From Pelagomonas calceolata (lineage: Eukaryota): 64,000 nucleotides of DNA. Shown in pieces: positions 42,320 to 53,331 of this stretch (the stretch's first letter is position 1; every line of letters begins with the position of its first letter). Both the position numbers and the translations under genes were made by a program. The notes beneath the pieces are model-generated. The model saw only the letters and a list, made by a program, of their open reading frames with translations. It searched no databases and was not told where the DNA came from. The stretch spans positions 3,038,001-3,102,000 of the forward strand of contig CAKKNE010000004.1 of assembly GCA_918797485.1 (NCBI GenBank). Direction: 5' to 3'.

Positions 42320-43450
42320 ATGGATCGCAACAATGGCGGGCGCGCCTGGTACGAGCGAGAGAACGTGCGCACGCCGCGGCGACGGCATAGCCATGACTAC
42401 GCGCGCGACGACAGTGACGTCGAGAGCATATTGAGCATCTCCGCCAGCAGCTCAAGCCGCGGCTACACGCTGCCGCCGCGCGACTCGTCGGTCCACGAGA
42501 GCCCGCTCGCCGAGGTGCCCGAGCTGCACCTCCTGGAGCTGGAAGAGCAGGTGACCCACTATGAAAACCTCACGCGACAGATGGCGGCGGAGAAGGGCGC
42601 GACTCTCCCAGATTTCCCGGAAGACGACCTCCCCCTCGACCGCGCCGCCCGCCTGCAGGCGCGCTTCGCGCGCGTCGCGAATTTGCACGAGTCGCTCGAG
42701 GCGACCCTTGTCCCTGCACTGCCGCCACCGCCGCGCGACGCGATCGTCGCCGCGCGGCGCGCGGCCGCACCGCTCCTCCTCGCGGCGGCGCTGAACCGCG
42801 CGACGCGGTCCGCTCCGAAGCGTCGCGGCTTCCACGCATTGCTAGCCGCCGCTCTGGCCAAACGCTCACGGGCGCTGCCGGCGCCGCCGCCGGACACGAC
42901 GGCTGTGGACGCGGCCGTCGAAGCGGCCCGCGCCGAGGACCGCGCGGCGCTCGCCGCCGTGGAGGAGAAGCTCGAGGCGTTACGGACGGTGCCAGTGCAG
43001 CGGCTGTTCGAGCGGCGCGCGCTCCGCACGCGGCGGTCGCTATTTGCCGCCTGGCGCGAGGCCGCCGCCGAGGAGAAGCGAGCGGCCGACGGGCTCCGGC
43101 GCGGCATCACGATCATGCGCCGCAACGTGAGTCGCTGGCGGCGCGCGGCGCTGCGCCGCGCGCTCGACGTGTGGGCGGAGCGAGCGAACGCGCGGTACGT
43201 CTACGTCATGCTCACGGCCGTCCAGACCCTCGACGAGGGCGTCCACTGCTACCGGCGGCGCGTCGTCGCGGGCGCGTTCGGGGCCTGGGCGCGGGCGGCG
43301 GCTCGTGCTACGACGCCGGCCACCGTTGATGATTGCGGTCCGCCGACTCTCGAGACGACGGCCGCGCCAGCGGCGCCGAGGCGTGGCCTCGTCGCCACCC
43401 TGATCATTCCGTGCGCGCTGGCATTCGTCGCGGGACTTCTGTTTCTGTAG
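42320..43450 (+). CDS. Hypothetical tail-anchored helical protein (Sfi1-like F-xx-W repeats)
   Basis: RSLFAAWR, RRALDVW, GAFGAW; hydrophobic C-terminus. Confidence 0.55.
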   Translation: MDRNNGGRAWYERENVRTPRRRHSHDYARDDSDVESILSISASSSSRGYTLPPRDSSVHESPLAEVPELHLLELEEQVTHYENLTRQMAAEKGATLPDFPEDDLPLDRAARLQARFARVANLHESLEATLVPALPPPPRDAIVAARRAAAPLLLAAALNRATRSAPKRRGFHALLAAALAKRSRALPAPPPDTTAVDAAVEAARAEDRAALAAVEEKLEALRTVPVQRLFERRALRTRRSLFAAWREAAAEEKRAADGLRRGITIMRRNVSRWRRAALRRALDVWAERANARYVYVMLTAVQTLDEGVHCYRRRVVAGAFGAWARAAARATTPATVDDCGPPTLETTAAPAAPRRGLVATLIIPCALAFVAGLLFL

Positions 43451-43770
43451 TAGTAAGGGCTTCTTTCTGTGATATTCATCGGCGGCGGGCGCGGGCCGCG
43501 TCTTTTATTCTTGTATCAGGCTTTCTTTACGTTTTGGGCCAGTAGTAACATACTAGAATTATTGTTAGGGGCGAGGCTGGACGAATCGCAGCCTAAACGC
43601 ACACATTTCCCAACTGGGTGCGCACTCAAGCCGTCGTGAAACGCTTCTCGGACCACCACCTTGCCGATACGACGCTGCCCCCCCATACGGAGCTGCCATA
43701 TCCCTACACACCACTTGGGTCCCAGAGCTGCAGGAAACGGAGCTGAAACAAACGCAGCCACGAGCGCGAC

Positions 43771-44787
43771 ATGTCAAGCTTCGGCCACCGGCGCTGGCCC
43801 TCCTTCGGCTCGTCCGGGTCAAAGAAGAGCGACACCAAGGACGTGCCCCAGGCGTCGCGCGAGGAGGTCCAGTCTATAATAACACAACTAAACGATGCCG
43901 ACGCGACGGTCCGGCGCGACGCCGCCGGGGCGCTGCGGGCCCTGGCGCTCCACGCGGACATGAAGAAATTGATCGTGAAATGCCACGGCATCGGCCCTTT
44001 GGTGGACCTGTGCGACGGCGTCGATACCGATGGAAGGGGCGCCGAGGCCGCGGCGCGGTGTTTGTGGAACCTCGCGGTGGACGACGACAACAAGGTGCAG
44101 ATCGCCGCGTCGGGCGCCGTGCCGGCGTTGGTAGCTGTGCTCTCCTCCAAAGGCGAGGAGCGGCGGGGCGCGCGCGAGGCCGCGGCCGGCGCGCTGCGGA
44201 ACCTGGCCGTGCGGCCCGAGAACCGCGCCTTGATCATCGAGGGCGGCGCTGCGACACCGCTCGTGGCGCTCCTGAAGTCCGCCGACGCGGCCGGGTCGGA
44301 AGCCGCCGCGCGGTGCGTCTGGAACCTCGCCTACGAGAGCCCCGAGAACCAGGCTGCTTTATCATCGTGCATCGAGCCGCTCGTGGTGCTCTGCGGCGCG
44401 GGCGCGGCGGCGGCGCGGGGCGCGGCCGCCGGCGCGCTGCGGAACTTGTTGCATGCGAACGCGAGTAACCGCGACGCCGCCGCGGCGGCGGGCGCGGCGC
44501 CGGTCCTCGCGAAGCTCCTGACCGACCCGGAGATTGAGGATGCGGGCGCGCGGAAGCACGCCGCCGCGCTGCTGAAGTCGATGGCCGCGGCGGACGCGCG
44601 CGGCGTCGCGGCGGCTTTACAGTGCGACGCGGACCGTGTGGTCATTGGCCTCGAAATCGACCAACGGCTCGCCACGAAACCCGTCGACACAATGCGGCGG
44701 TCGACGTCGCAGAAGACGCTCGCGGCGATGATGCGGCGGCTGACGCCGAAGTCCTCTTCCTCCAAAAAAAATGTTGTAACTAAGTAA
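43771..44787 (+). CDS. Armadillo repeat protein
   Basis: Repeated AAGALRNLA / AARCLWNLA. Confidence 0.85.
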   Translation: MSSFGHRRWPSFGSSGSKKSDTKDVPQASREEVQSIITQLNDADATVRRDAAGALRALALHADMKKLIVKCHGIGPLVDLCDGVDTDGRGAEAAARCLWNLAVDDDNKVQIAASGAVPALVAVLSSKGEERRGAREAAAGALRNLAVRPENRALIIEGGAATPLVALLKSADAAGSEAAARCVWNLAYESPENQAALSSCIEPLVVLCGAGAAAARGAAAGALRNLLHANASNRDAAAAAGAAPVLAKLLTDPEIEDAGARKHAAALLKSMAAADARGVAAALQCDADRVVIGLEIDQRLATKPVDTMRRSTSQKTLAAMMRRLTPKSSSSKKNVVTK

Positions 44788-45358
44788 CCTTATCCGCGAG
44801 CGGGTCCGCGTACTCGTCGATGCCCCGCGGCTCGAGTGTGAGGAATGCGCCGCCGACCGTCCGCCCCTCGTCGTTTAAAATGTTGAACGTGTGCACGGCG
44901 TTCGCCGTGTCCATCTGCTCGAGCGCGATGCCCTCCTCGCGAAAGTGGGCCTCCACGTCCACCAACCGCTCGCGCGGGCCGCGCGCCCCCAAGCCCACGA
45001 CGACGATCTCCGGCCGCGGGTGCACGACCGTGAACAGTCTAAGAGCCTCGACCGTCACGTCCTCTTGCACCCGCGCGCGCCACAGGAACGCGTGGTACGG
45101 CAGACAACAGATCGACGTCGGCACGAACACGTCGCCCCGCAATTCAAAGCCGCCCGCGTCGACCTCGGAGATGTGCGTGCGCTTCTCGTTGCCGTCCTCG
45201 AGCGTCGCGGCGCCGAAGCTGTTCGACTCGCCGCGCATCTGTTGTAGTACTCTTGCTTCCATCTCGTCGGTCCACTCGAGGCGTTTCTTTGTGGGTTTAG
45301 CAAAGGTCCTTGCCCGCAGCGCTGGTCGCAGCCGTGTGAGGCTGTTGCGGAGCGCCAT
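44780..45358 (-). CDS. NDUFAF3: NDUFAF3/Mth938 (DUF498) family protein
   Basis: PRPEIVVVGLG, LEQMDTANAVHTFNILNDEGR; mitochondrial-type presequence. Confidence 0.8.
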   Translation of the reverse strand: MALRNSLTRLRPALRARTFAKPTKKRLEWTDEMEARVLQQMRGESNSFGAATLEDGNEKRTHISEVDAGGFELRGDVFVPTSICCLPYHAFLWRARVQEDVTVEALRLFTVVHPRPEIVVVGLGARGPRERLVDVEAHFREEGIALEQMDTANAVHTFNILNDEGRTVGGAFLTLEPRGIDEYADPLADKVT

Positions 45359-45478
45359 AGCTCGAATTTCGCTGCGGCAGCGCGCTGCGCGCTGTCTGTT
45401 GGTATAATCGTGACACACGATCGACCGCTTCTCGATCTATCACCGCAGCTCGACTTGCTTTGCCTGGGCTGCTGGCAG

Positions 45479-45500
45479 GCTAGTGTCTTACATTGCTAGC
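45479..45500 (-). promoter_or_regulatory. Conserved upstream element
   Basis: gctagtgtcttacattgctagc between divergent genes. Confidence 0.7.
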
Positions 45501-45820
45501 ATATTTTGTCGAGGCGTCTCTGTGCATCGAACTACGTCTATTTCGCGTCGCTAGACGACGTCTGTGAGCAAAACGAATTGGCTTTTTTGCGAGGGCTGGC
45601 TTGGTTCCGAGTTTTAGATCTGCGTGCCGTAGCAGTCCAACGAACGCGCGTCCGGACGCCATAGATGCACGAAGGCGCCAATTGATCATAAATCGGCGCT
45701 GTGCGAAGTTTCAGCTTTCGTAGTAGCCTACAAAGGGAGAACACATGGCACCACGTTGCCAGAGCGCTTGCCAGAGTGCCGCGAGCGCTTGCCAGAGCAC
45801 CCCGTAAGCCTCGAAAGAGC

Positions 45821-46939
45821 ATGAATCCTTCGGCACCGGCGTCGCAAGCCGCGCGCGAAGCATGCGGAAGATGGTTCCTAGCGAACCGGAGCGTCGAAGC
45901 CGCTCCAAACGATCCCGCGGCGCTCGTCGGCCGCGCGGCGAGCTTCCTGGCCATGGATCGACCCTGGGAGGCGACGAATGACCTAGATCGGGCTTTACGA
46001 ATGCAAACTCGCCTCGCGGGCGCGGACGTCGCGGCGGCCGGCGACGAGGCCACCGCAAATCAACGAAGGCGGCGCCACGACGGCGAGGCGGCGCGCACGC
46101 GGCTGCTGCGGGGCCACGCCCACGCCGCCTGTCTGCGCTACGACCGGGCCGTCGCGGACTTCGCCGAGGCCGAGGCGATTTTGAGTCGCCTCGGGGGTTC
46201 GACAGATAGATCACAACCGACGCCGGCGCACGCCCAGGCGGGGCTCGGCGTGGCCTACTGCAACATGCGCGACTGGCAGCGGTGCGTCGACGCGGGCGAG
46301 CGGGCGGTGCGTGGTTTACCTCTAGACGACGTGGCGCGGCGGCACGTTGCGCGAGCGGTAGAAACGGCGCGGCAGCACCTGTCCTTGGCCGCGGGCGGCA
46401 CCGTCGGCGGCTCTCGGCGGTCCGGTGGATCCGCGGCGCCGCCGCAGCCACCACCACCGCCGCCGCGCGGCGACGCCGGCCACGACGGCGGCGCTGCGCC
46501 ATCGGCCCCACCACCAGCACCAGCGCCGGCACCGGCACCGGCGCCCGCGCCCGCGCCCGCGCCCGCGTCGGCTCCGTCGTCGGCGTCGCGCCGCGGCCGC
46601 ATGTCACCCGGCGGCGACTCGCCCGGGCGCCTCCCTGTCGAGGACGTCGCCGAGGCCGCGCTTTGGGCCGCTGGGGCCGATTCCGACGGCGATCTTGACG
46701 CGCCGCGACCCGCTGCGGCCGCGACGGGCGCTGCGCGTCCGGACGGGGCCGCCCCGGCCGACGAGGCGGGCCCGGCGCGGCCGGCGGCGACGTCCCCGCG
46801 GCCCTTGCTGGACTCGCCGTCGACCTCCGTGTCGGCGACGCTGTCCAATTCGAGCTCGATTGCGAGCGAGAAGAACGACGAGCCCAAGCCGGGTGTCGCC
46901 GCGGAGCTCGTCTCGAAGCTCGCCCCCGGGCCGGCGTGA
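45821..46939 (+). CDS. TPR-repeat protein with Pro/Ala-rich tail
   Basis: ALVGRAASFLAM-A-DLDRAL, LLRGHAHAA-YDRAVADF, AGLGVAYCNM. Confidence 0.7.
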   Translation: MNPSAPASQAAREACGRWFLANRSVEAAPNDPAALVGRAASFLAMDRPWEATNDLDRALRMQTRLAGADVAAAGDEATANQRRRRHDGEAARTRLLRGHAHAACLRYDRAVADFAEAEAILSRLGGSTDRSQPTPAHAQAGLGVAYCNMRDWQRCVDAGERAVRGLPLDDVARRHVARAVETARQHLSLAAGGTVGGSRRSGGSAAPPQPPPPPPRGDAGHDGGAAPSAPPPAPAPAPAPAPAPAPAPASAPSSASRRGRMSPGGDSPGRLPVEDVAEAALWAAGADSDGDLDAPRPAAAATGAARPDGAAPADEAGPARPAATSPRPLLDSPSTSVSATLSNSSSIASEKNDEPKPGVAAELVSKLAPGPA

Positions 46940-47007
46940 AGAACGCCCTTAATTTTCAAGCATTGCGGCGACCCAAGGTCCTTCCGCACAATAAGCATCA
47001 ATAAACA

Positions 47008-48645
47008 TTAATTTAAAACGGGAACGGGCGGCCCGCGCACGAGCAAAATGCTGAGCAGCAACTCGTCGGCGAGGGCGTCGTGCGCCTTGGTCGCCGCCGC
47101 CGCGACCGCGCCGGCCGCTGCGTCGGCGCCGGGAGCGTCGCCGGACCGGTCGCCGCGCCCGCCCGCCACGAGGGGGCCGCCGCCGCCCGTGCCCGCGCCG
47201 CCGCCCTTGGACTCGGACGCCTGCGGCACGGCCTCGGCGTCCGCGTCGAACGTCCGCGTCTGGAGGTCTGCCGCCACGACCTCGATGTCGAGCGTCTCCG
47301 CGGGTCGCCGCACCGTGACGCGGACCGTCTCACCGACTTCCGCGTCGTCCACCGCCGCGAGCACGGCCGCGACGTCCCTGACAGGTTTGCCGCCGACGGC
47401 GACGACGACGTCGTCCACAGCCAAACCCGCCGCGTCCGCCGGGCTGCCCGGCACGACGCGGTGCACCAACGCCCCGCCCGACCTGACCGGTTCGTCCTCA
47501 CTCTCGACACGCTCGAGCGCGGCGGGCGTCAGCGGTGCCAGCTCGAGCCCGAGATACGCGTGCGCCGCTTGTTGACCCTTCTCGAGGTCGGCCGCTACCC
47601 TTAAAGCCCTTCTCGCCGGCACGGCGAACCCAATCCCGTCGGCGTGCGCCGCCGTCGCCGTGTTGATGCCCACGACCCTACCCTTCCTATCTAATAAGGG
47701 CCCGCCCGAATTCCCAGGATTGATCGCCGCGTCGGTCTGGATGAACCGGACCCTATCCGCCCAGCGCGGCGAGTTGTCAGTACGCTGCGTGTCCCGAGGC
47801 GCGCTCAAGGACCTTCCTAATGAAGACACAATTCCTAGCGTCACGGTGTGGTCCAGGCCGATCGGGTGCCCGATCGCGACCACCCAGTCCCCGACCCTCA
47901 GCAACGAGTCTTGATCCACAACGGGAGCCTGCGGGACACGCCGTCCAGCAGTGTCCATGCGCAGCACCGCTATATCGGTATGGGCGTCGGCGCCGAGCAC
48001 CGTGCCCCGATACCGCTCACCGGTACTCGTCACCACCGAGACGCGCGTCGCACCATGCACAACATGAGCGTTCGTCAATACCAGCGCCTTCGCCGAATCG
48101 TAACAAAAGCCCGACGCGTGCGAGTAGCGCACGCCGTCCGCGCGCTCGACGTCGACGCGCACGACCGCGGGGCCGACCTTCTCCGCCGCCGTGGCCGCGA
48201 AGGACGGCGCGCCGGAGTAGGACCGTCCCTTGGATTCGTCGTCGCGCGGGGCGATCGTTTGCGCTGCTACTCGTCTTGCCTTCGACGCCTGGCGCCCGAA
48301 TAACTCGGGAAGCGCCTTTGTTCTCCTCTTTAGGGAGGCGGTGGCGCGGTCGAGGAGCCGCGGTTTCGAGGCGGCCTCGAGGAAAATCACCTCCGGAGTC
48401 TCGCCGTCGATGCCGCCCGGGAGCTGTTTCGGCGCGTGCGGGGCGGCGGCGTGCATGACGACGACCGGCGTCGTATAATGAGGCAGCCTAGGAATGACGG
48501 GCGCGACGGCCGCGGCCAGCACGAAGACGCGCGGCGCGAGCCACTTGCGGAGGGCGCGGCGGCGGCTTCTACGTGGAGCAGGCTGAGCTGGGGCGGCCAC
48601 AGCTGCCCTGGCCTTGGGCCGGCGCACGAAGCGAAGCAAGCGCAT
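47008..48645 (-). CDS. Deg/HtrA serine protease with PDZ domain
   Basis: LTNAHVV, TDIAVL, IQTDAAINPGNSGGPL, PGSPADAAGL-DVV. Confidence 0.92.
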   Translation of the reverse strand: MRLLRFVRRPKARAAVAAPAQPAPRRSRRRALRKWLAPRVFVLAAAVAPVIPRLPHYTTPVVVMHAAAPHAPKQLPGGIDGETPEVIFLEAASKPRLLDRATASLKRRTKALPELFGRQASKARRVAAQTIAPRDDESKGRSYSGAPSFAATAAEKVGPAVVRVDVERADGVRYSHASGFCYDSAKALVLTNAHVVHGATRVSVVTSTGERYRGTVLGADAHTDIAVLRMDTAGRRVPQAPVVDQDSLLRVGDWVVAIGHPIGLDHTVTLGIVSSLGRSLSAPRDTQRTDNSPRWADRVRFIQTDAAINPGNSGGPLLDRKGRVVGINTATAAHADGIGFAVPARRALRVAADLEKGQQAAHAYLGLELAPLTPAALERVESEDEPVRSGGALVHRVVPGSPADAAGLAVDDVVVAVGGKPVRDVAAVLAAVDDAEVGETVRVTVRRPAETLDIEVVAADLQTRTFDADAEAVPQASESKGGGAGTGGGGPLVAGGRGDRSGDAPGADAAAGAVAAAATKAHDALADELLLSILLVRGPPVPVLN

Positions 48646-48736
48646 TTGGTTGAGTGATGCCTTGGACGATTTTTGATACGTTCCGGTGCAGTACAAGGCG
48701 GACGGAAGGCGTAATTCCAAAAGCGGCAAGCTGTTA

Positions 48737-48760
48737 GCTAGCGACATGTAAGGCACTAGC
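48737..48760 (+). promoter_or_regulatory. Conserved upstream element
   Basis: gctagcgacatgtaaggcactagc between divergent genes. Confidence 0.7.
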
Positions 48761-49010
48761 AAGCGCAAGAGATTTACGTATGCGTCGTGTGCGTGCCTAT
48801 AGCTCCACTCCCGCGCTCGTTAAGGCGAGCAAAGGTGATCAATTGACCACTGCACGGGTTCACGAGGATAAGAAAGCGTGTAAAGCCGCTGCAGCCATCT
48901 GCTGAACGCTGCAGCGTACTGCAAACTAGTCAGAGGCCGCCGCAGCGATGCCGAAACCTCTCGCGTGGCTCGCGACGGCATCCGCACGAATCGGATACGC
49001 ACGAATCACA

Positions 49011-50963
49011 ATGCTGCTGCGCCTCGCGACGGCGTCAGCGCTGCTCGCCCCGCAGCCCGCGACGCCACCGACCACACGCCTGCGAGCAGCAGCACCGTTG
49101 GTGGAGCTCTACGGTGAGCGCGTCAGCGCCGGCGACGAGACGCTCATCGACACGCTGAGCCTCAAAGTAGACAAAGGCGACCGCGTGGCCCTCGTCGGCC
49201 CGAACGGCTCGGGCAAGAGCACGCTGGCCAGGCTCCTCGGCCAGCGCGTCTTTAGCGGCGGCTTCGGTCAAGCGCCCGAGACGACGGCGATGCAGCGGCC
49301 GAAGCTAGGACGGGAGGCGCTCGGGAAGGGGATTGCGGAGCTCCGCGTCGAGCAGCGCCGCGGCGACGTCGTCTCGCCCTTCCCGCCTCCGAATAGACTA
49401 GGAGCGCACCACGTGTCCTTCGAGGCCCATCGGACGCTGCTGGCCGAGGAGGCCGCGGAGTTCGCCGAGAGCCGCTTCTCCGTCGTTCATAAAAGAGCGA
49501 CGGTCGCGTCCTACCTCTTCCCGGAGTTTTATCCTTCGGCGTTGAGCTACGCCGGCTACGAACCTCGGAGAACGCGCCTCGCGCCGCTGCCCGTGGCCCG
49601 TGACGCGGGGAGTGATGACGAAGCCCTCGAGGCTTTGGACGCCGCGGCGCTGCGGAACGCGGCCCTGAAACGGTTCCGGTTGACGGACAAGCGCCACACG
49701 CCGCTGCACGCGCTGTCGACGGGCGAGGCGCGCGCTTTGTTAGCTTGCGAGTACTTTGCGCGCGAGCCGCGGCCCTCGCTGCTAGTGCTGGACGAGGCCT
49801 TTGATGGTTTGGACGAGGCGGCTCGAAATACATTACAGGCCGCGATCAGCGAAGAAGCGGCGAACGACCCTTCTTTAACGATCGTGCAGGTCGCTCATAG
49901 AAGAGAGGACCTCGTGGATCCGACGAAGGCGGTCGTTCTGGATGGGAAGGGTGGCGCCGTCGTTGGCGACTGGGAAAATGTAGGTTCGAAGGCGCTGGAG
50001 CAGCTCGAGGTCGCCCCTACTATCAAAAAGGGAGAAGCACCTAAAAAGCCGGACGCCTTTTCGGTGGGAAGGGGCGGCGCGAAGACCTGGGGCCGCCGCG
50101 GCGTGCTGCGAGACATCCAGAGTGACGAGGTCGTCCGCTTCGACGATGTAGGCGTTTCATACGACGGCGTCGAGGTCTTCCGGAACCTGTCGTTCGTCAT
50201 CAATGCCGGAGAAGCCGTGGCGCTCCTCGGCCCGAACGGCTGCGGCAAGTCCACGGTCGTCGACATGATCACGGGCGACTCTCCTCTCGCGTTCGGCCAG
50301 GCCGTGACGCTGTTCGGCCGGCGCAAGGGGTCCGGGGAGAGCGTTTGGGATATCAAAAGAAGGATAGGTCAGGTCACTCCACGGTCACACATGCAATACC
50401 TCACGTTCTGCGACCCGCATAACTCTGCGGACGCCGTCGGGCGCAGCGGCAAGACGGTGTCGTCGCGCGACGTGGTAATGTCGGGCTTCTACGATACGAT
50501 AGGATTGTACGATAGACCGGCGGCGGAACATGGTGATATCGCGGACGCGTGGGTCGCGACGTTAGGCATCGGCGACCTCGTGTCGGCGACGCCGGGCTCC
50601 TTCACGCGCCTGTCGCTGGGCCAGCAAAAGCTCGTGCTTCTCTGCCGCGCGCTGGTCAAGCGGCCGCGGCTGTTGGTGCTGGACGAGCCGACGCACGCGT
50701 TGTCACGGTCGTCACGCGACCGGTTCCTCGCGGCCCTCCAGGCGGCGCGCGACGCCGCCGACGTGGCCGTGCTCTACGTCTCGCACCGCGCGGACGAAAT
50801 TGAAGCCCTGAACTGCGACGACGTCGTAAGGCTAGGGGTGCCGCAACAGCAACAGGCCTTCGACGGCATGTCCTGCGTCGCGTTCAAGCTCGACGCCCTC
50901 GCGACGACGACGCCGCGAACGAACAAAGGATGGGTGCCGCCGGAGAGTTGGGGGGGAGACTAA
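49011..50963 (+). CDS. ModF-like twin ABC ATPase with presequence
   Basis: GPNGSGKS and GPNGCGKS; LSTGE; LFGRRKGSGESVWDIKRRIG; LSLGQQKL. Confidence 0.85.
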   Translation: MLLRLATASALLAPQPATPPTTRLRAAAPLVELYGERVSAGDETLIDTLSLKVDKGDRVALVGPNGSGKSTLARLLGQRVFSGGFGQAPETTAMQRPKLGREALGKGIAELRVEQRRGDVVSPFPPPNRLGAHHVSFEAHRTLLAEEAAEFAESRFSVVHKRATVASYLFPEFYPSALSYAGYEPRRTRLAPLPVARDAGSDDEALEALDAAALRNAALKRFRLTDKRHTPLHALSTGEARALLACEYFAREPRPSLLVLDEAFDGLDEAARNTLQAAISEEAANDPSLTIVQVAHRREDLVDPTKAVVLDGKGGAVVGDWENVGSKALEQLEVAPTIKKGEAPKKPDAFSVGRGGAKTWGRRGVLRDIQSDEVVRFDDVGVSYDGVEVFRNLSFVINAGEAVALLGPNGCGKSTVVDMITGDSPLAFGQAVTLFGRRKGSGESVWDIKRRIGQVTPRSHMQYLTFCDPHNSADAVGRSGKTVSSRDVVMSGFYDTIGLYDRPAAEHGDIADAWVATLGIGDLVSATPGSFTRLSLGQQKLVLLCRALVKRPRLLVLDEPTHALSRSSRDRFLAALQAARDAADVAVLYVSHRADEIEALNCDDVVRLGVPQQQQAFDGMSCVAFKLDALATTTPRTNKGWVPPESWGGD

Positions 50964-50969
50964 ATAAAG

Positions 50970-51872
50970 TTATGTTGCGCGCGGCTCGAGACGCGAGAGT
51001 ATCTTCTCCCGTTTGCCATCGGGCCTCGTGCCCAAGTCGTCCTGCCGACAGTATTTGGGCCCCCAGTAGCATTCGTGGAGCGTGGCGTCGGCCGCGCGTT
51101 CGGCCGAACTGGAGCATTCCTTAACCTTTACACCATGAAGGTGATTGGTGTCGTGAGTGTCGTCCTTGCATAGCCTGCAGCGCTTGTCCGGACGATCCAC
51201 GTGGTACGAAAAGAATTTGCAGTCCCAGGTCGCCTGGCATATCGCCTGGCAGGCCTCCGCGGACAACGCGCCATCGGCAAAGCCCGCCGAGCCACAGCCG
51301 CCGCGCTCGTTCGTCACGCCCGGACAGCGAGCGGCGAACTCCTGGTTGAGGTCGACGTCGTCATTGCGCGAAGTAGGTTCTTCGGTATCGTCGTCTTCCG
51401 GCGGAAGGTTAACACACCACTCGGGCAGCTGATACACCGGGAAACAAGTATAGTCGACGCGGTAGAGCTTGCAGATCGCGCGTTGCAGGCGCGTGTTCGA
51501 GTAGTCGATGCTCCGCAGGCATGGGTTTGACTCGGTCTGCTGGTGCTTGCCGCGGCTGCGTGTCACGTTGTGATACGCCTCGTCGCGGAAGTTTTTCTTG
51601 TTAGGATCGTGGGTCATCGTATTGCGTAGGAGAGCAAAATCGCGGTTTGCGTTCTCCAGGGCGCCAATGGCATCCAAGACGCGTATTCGATCGGGGCCCT
51701 CAGGTAAGTGTAGGCGACCCGATAATCCTAGCAACAACGCCTGCGGCCATACGTGTCGTCCATCGTGCTGCAATTTGGCGAATCCCCGGCCGCGGAGGAC
51801 CGCTTCCAAGAAATATGTATACCGCAGTGTGTTCGTGCGCTCCTTGCACCGGCCTCCGATGTTCGAGGCCGT
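50970..51872 (-). pseudogene. 3' fragment: sulfotransferase-like C-terminus + PAN/apple-like domain, no start codon
   Basis: HVWPQ, LQRAICKLYRVDYTCF; ACQAICQATWDCKFFSY-CRL; frame closes at TGA 51873-51875 without ATG. Confidence 0.45.
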
Positions 51873-52053
51873 TCAAATCGCGACTGACGTGCACAGGAGA
51901 TATCGGCAAGTCATGGGCGCCGCACATCCAGAGACGGCGCGCGCCAAACATTTTCTCGGGCGGGCAGAACTCGCTCTCGAGTTTGCTGAAGCTCGCGAGT
52001 CTCGCGATCTGGAGAAACTTGAGAGACTCATGGGAAGGCAGAGGGAATTGTAG
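51859..52053 (+). pseudogene. 3' fragment of TPR-like helical protein
   Basis: EAVQIATDVHRRYRQVMGAAHPET resembles kinesin-light-chain-type G-xx-HP-T repeat ends. Confidence 0.35.
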
Positions 52054-52101
52054 TAAGCAGCATAACTAACTTATTTACAGCCTAGTCCACGAAGCAGGGG
52101 C

Positions 52102-53331
52102 TCACCGCCGGTGGTCCGCCCCCACCGCGTCGCGCACACGCTCGAACCCGTCTCTCCGCGCCCTTTCTACCAACCCGTCGCGGATCTCGCAGCCGAGACC
52201 CGGCCCGTGATACACCAGCGCCGTGTAGAGCTGGACGAGCGACGCGCCGGCCCTTATGAGCGCATACGCGTCGTCCGCCGACGACACGCCGCCGACGCCC
52301 ACGATCGGCACGCGCCCCTTCGTTTTGCGGTAGAAGTCGTGCACGATCGCCCGCGTGTTCTCGACGAGCGGCGGGCCCGAGAGGCCGCCCCGGTCCGGAA
52401 CATCTGGAGACAGCAACGGCGTCTTGAACAGCGGCGGCGACGAGTCGCGGTGCGGCCTCCTACTGGTCGTGTTCGCAACCACTAAACCATCCAACTTTAG
52501 CCTGAGCGCCGTGTTCGCCACCGTCCGCCGCTGCCGTTCATCCAAGTCCGGCGACACTTTCAGGAGCACGGGCACCGACGTGTTCTTCCTAGCAACTTCA
52601 ACCAATGCCGCCATGGCCTTCACGTCGACGACGCCGCCCTTGACGTTCGGGCACGACGCGTTAACTACGACAAAGTCCACGGCGCCGTCCAGCGCCTTGA
52701 CGACGCGCGCGTGGTCCGCGACCGCGTCCTTACTGATTGCGTTCTTCGTCACGTTCGCGCCCACGACGCACGTCTTCTCCGTACTCTTCAGCCTTGCGGC
52801 CACCACCTCCGCACCTTCGGAAGGTAACCCGACAAAGTTCACCACAGCTCGATCCTCCTTCAGCCGGAAGACGCGCGGCCGCTCGTTGCCGGGCTGCGGC
52901 GCCGGCGTCACGCCGCCGACCTCAACGAAGCCAAAGCCCATCGTGCCGAGCGGCGCGTGCGCGAGGCCCCGCTTGTCAAAGCCCGCCGCGACGCCCACCG
53001 GCGCCGCGAAGGTGAGGCCGAAGACCGTCGTTTCGAGCGCCGTGTCGGCCTTCGGTGCGACGGGCCCCAATCCCAAATTTAAAAGCTGCAGGGCGTACGA
53101 ATGCGCGTCTTCCGCATCGCTGATACCTTCCCTTAGTAGATTCGCGCCGGCGTCCGCGAGCGACCAATAGAACGACGATCCGCGTATGCTCTCATTGTTG
53201 AAATAGATGATGGCACCCGCCGCGCCGGCGGCGACGAGCTTGAGTGGCCCGCTGCCGCCTTGCTGGCTCGCGGCGCTTGCGTGCCGCGTGCAGCGCTGGC
53301 GCGCGACGCGGCGAAGGGCTGTCCGCATCAT
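52102..53331 (-). CDS. DHODH: Dihydroorotate dehydrogenase (quinone), class 2, mitochondrial
   Basis: GVAAGFDK, GFGFVEVG-VTP-PQPGN-RPRVFRL, NASCPN, LLKVSPDL, GGLSG, GASLVQLYTAL. Confidence 0.95.
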   Translation of the reverse strand: MMRTALRRVARQRCTRHASAASQQGGSGPLKLVAAGAAGAIIYFNNESIRGSSFYWSLADAGANLLREGISDAEDAHSYALQLLNLGLGPVAPKADTALETTVFGLTFAAPVGVAAGFDKRGLAHAPLGTMGFGFVEVGGVTPAPQPGNERPRVFRLKEDRAVVNFVGLPSEGAEVVAARLKSTEKTCVVGANVTKNAISKDAVADHARVVKALDGAVDFVVVNASCPNVKGGVVDVKAMAALVEVARKNTSVPVLLKVSPDLDERQRRTVANTALRLKLDGLVVANTTSRRPHRDSSPPLFKTPLLSPDVPDRGGLSGPPLVENTRAIVHDFYRKTKGRVPIVGVGGVSSADDAYALIRAGASLVQLYTALVYHGPGLGCEIRDGLVERARRDGFERVRDAVGADHRR

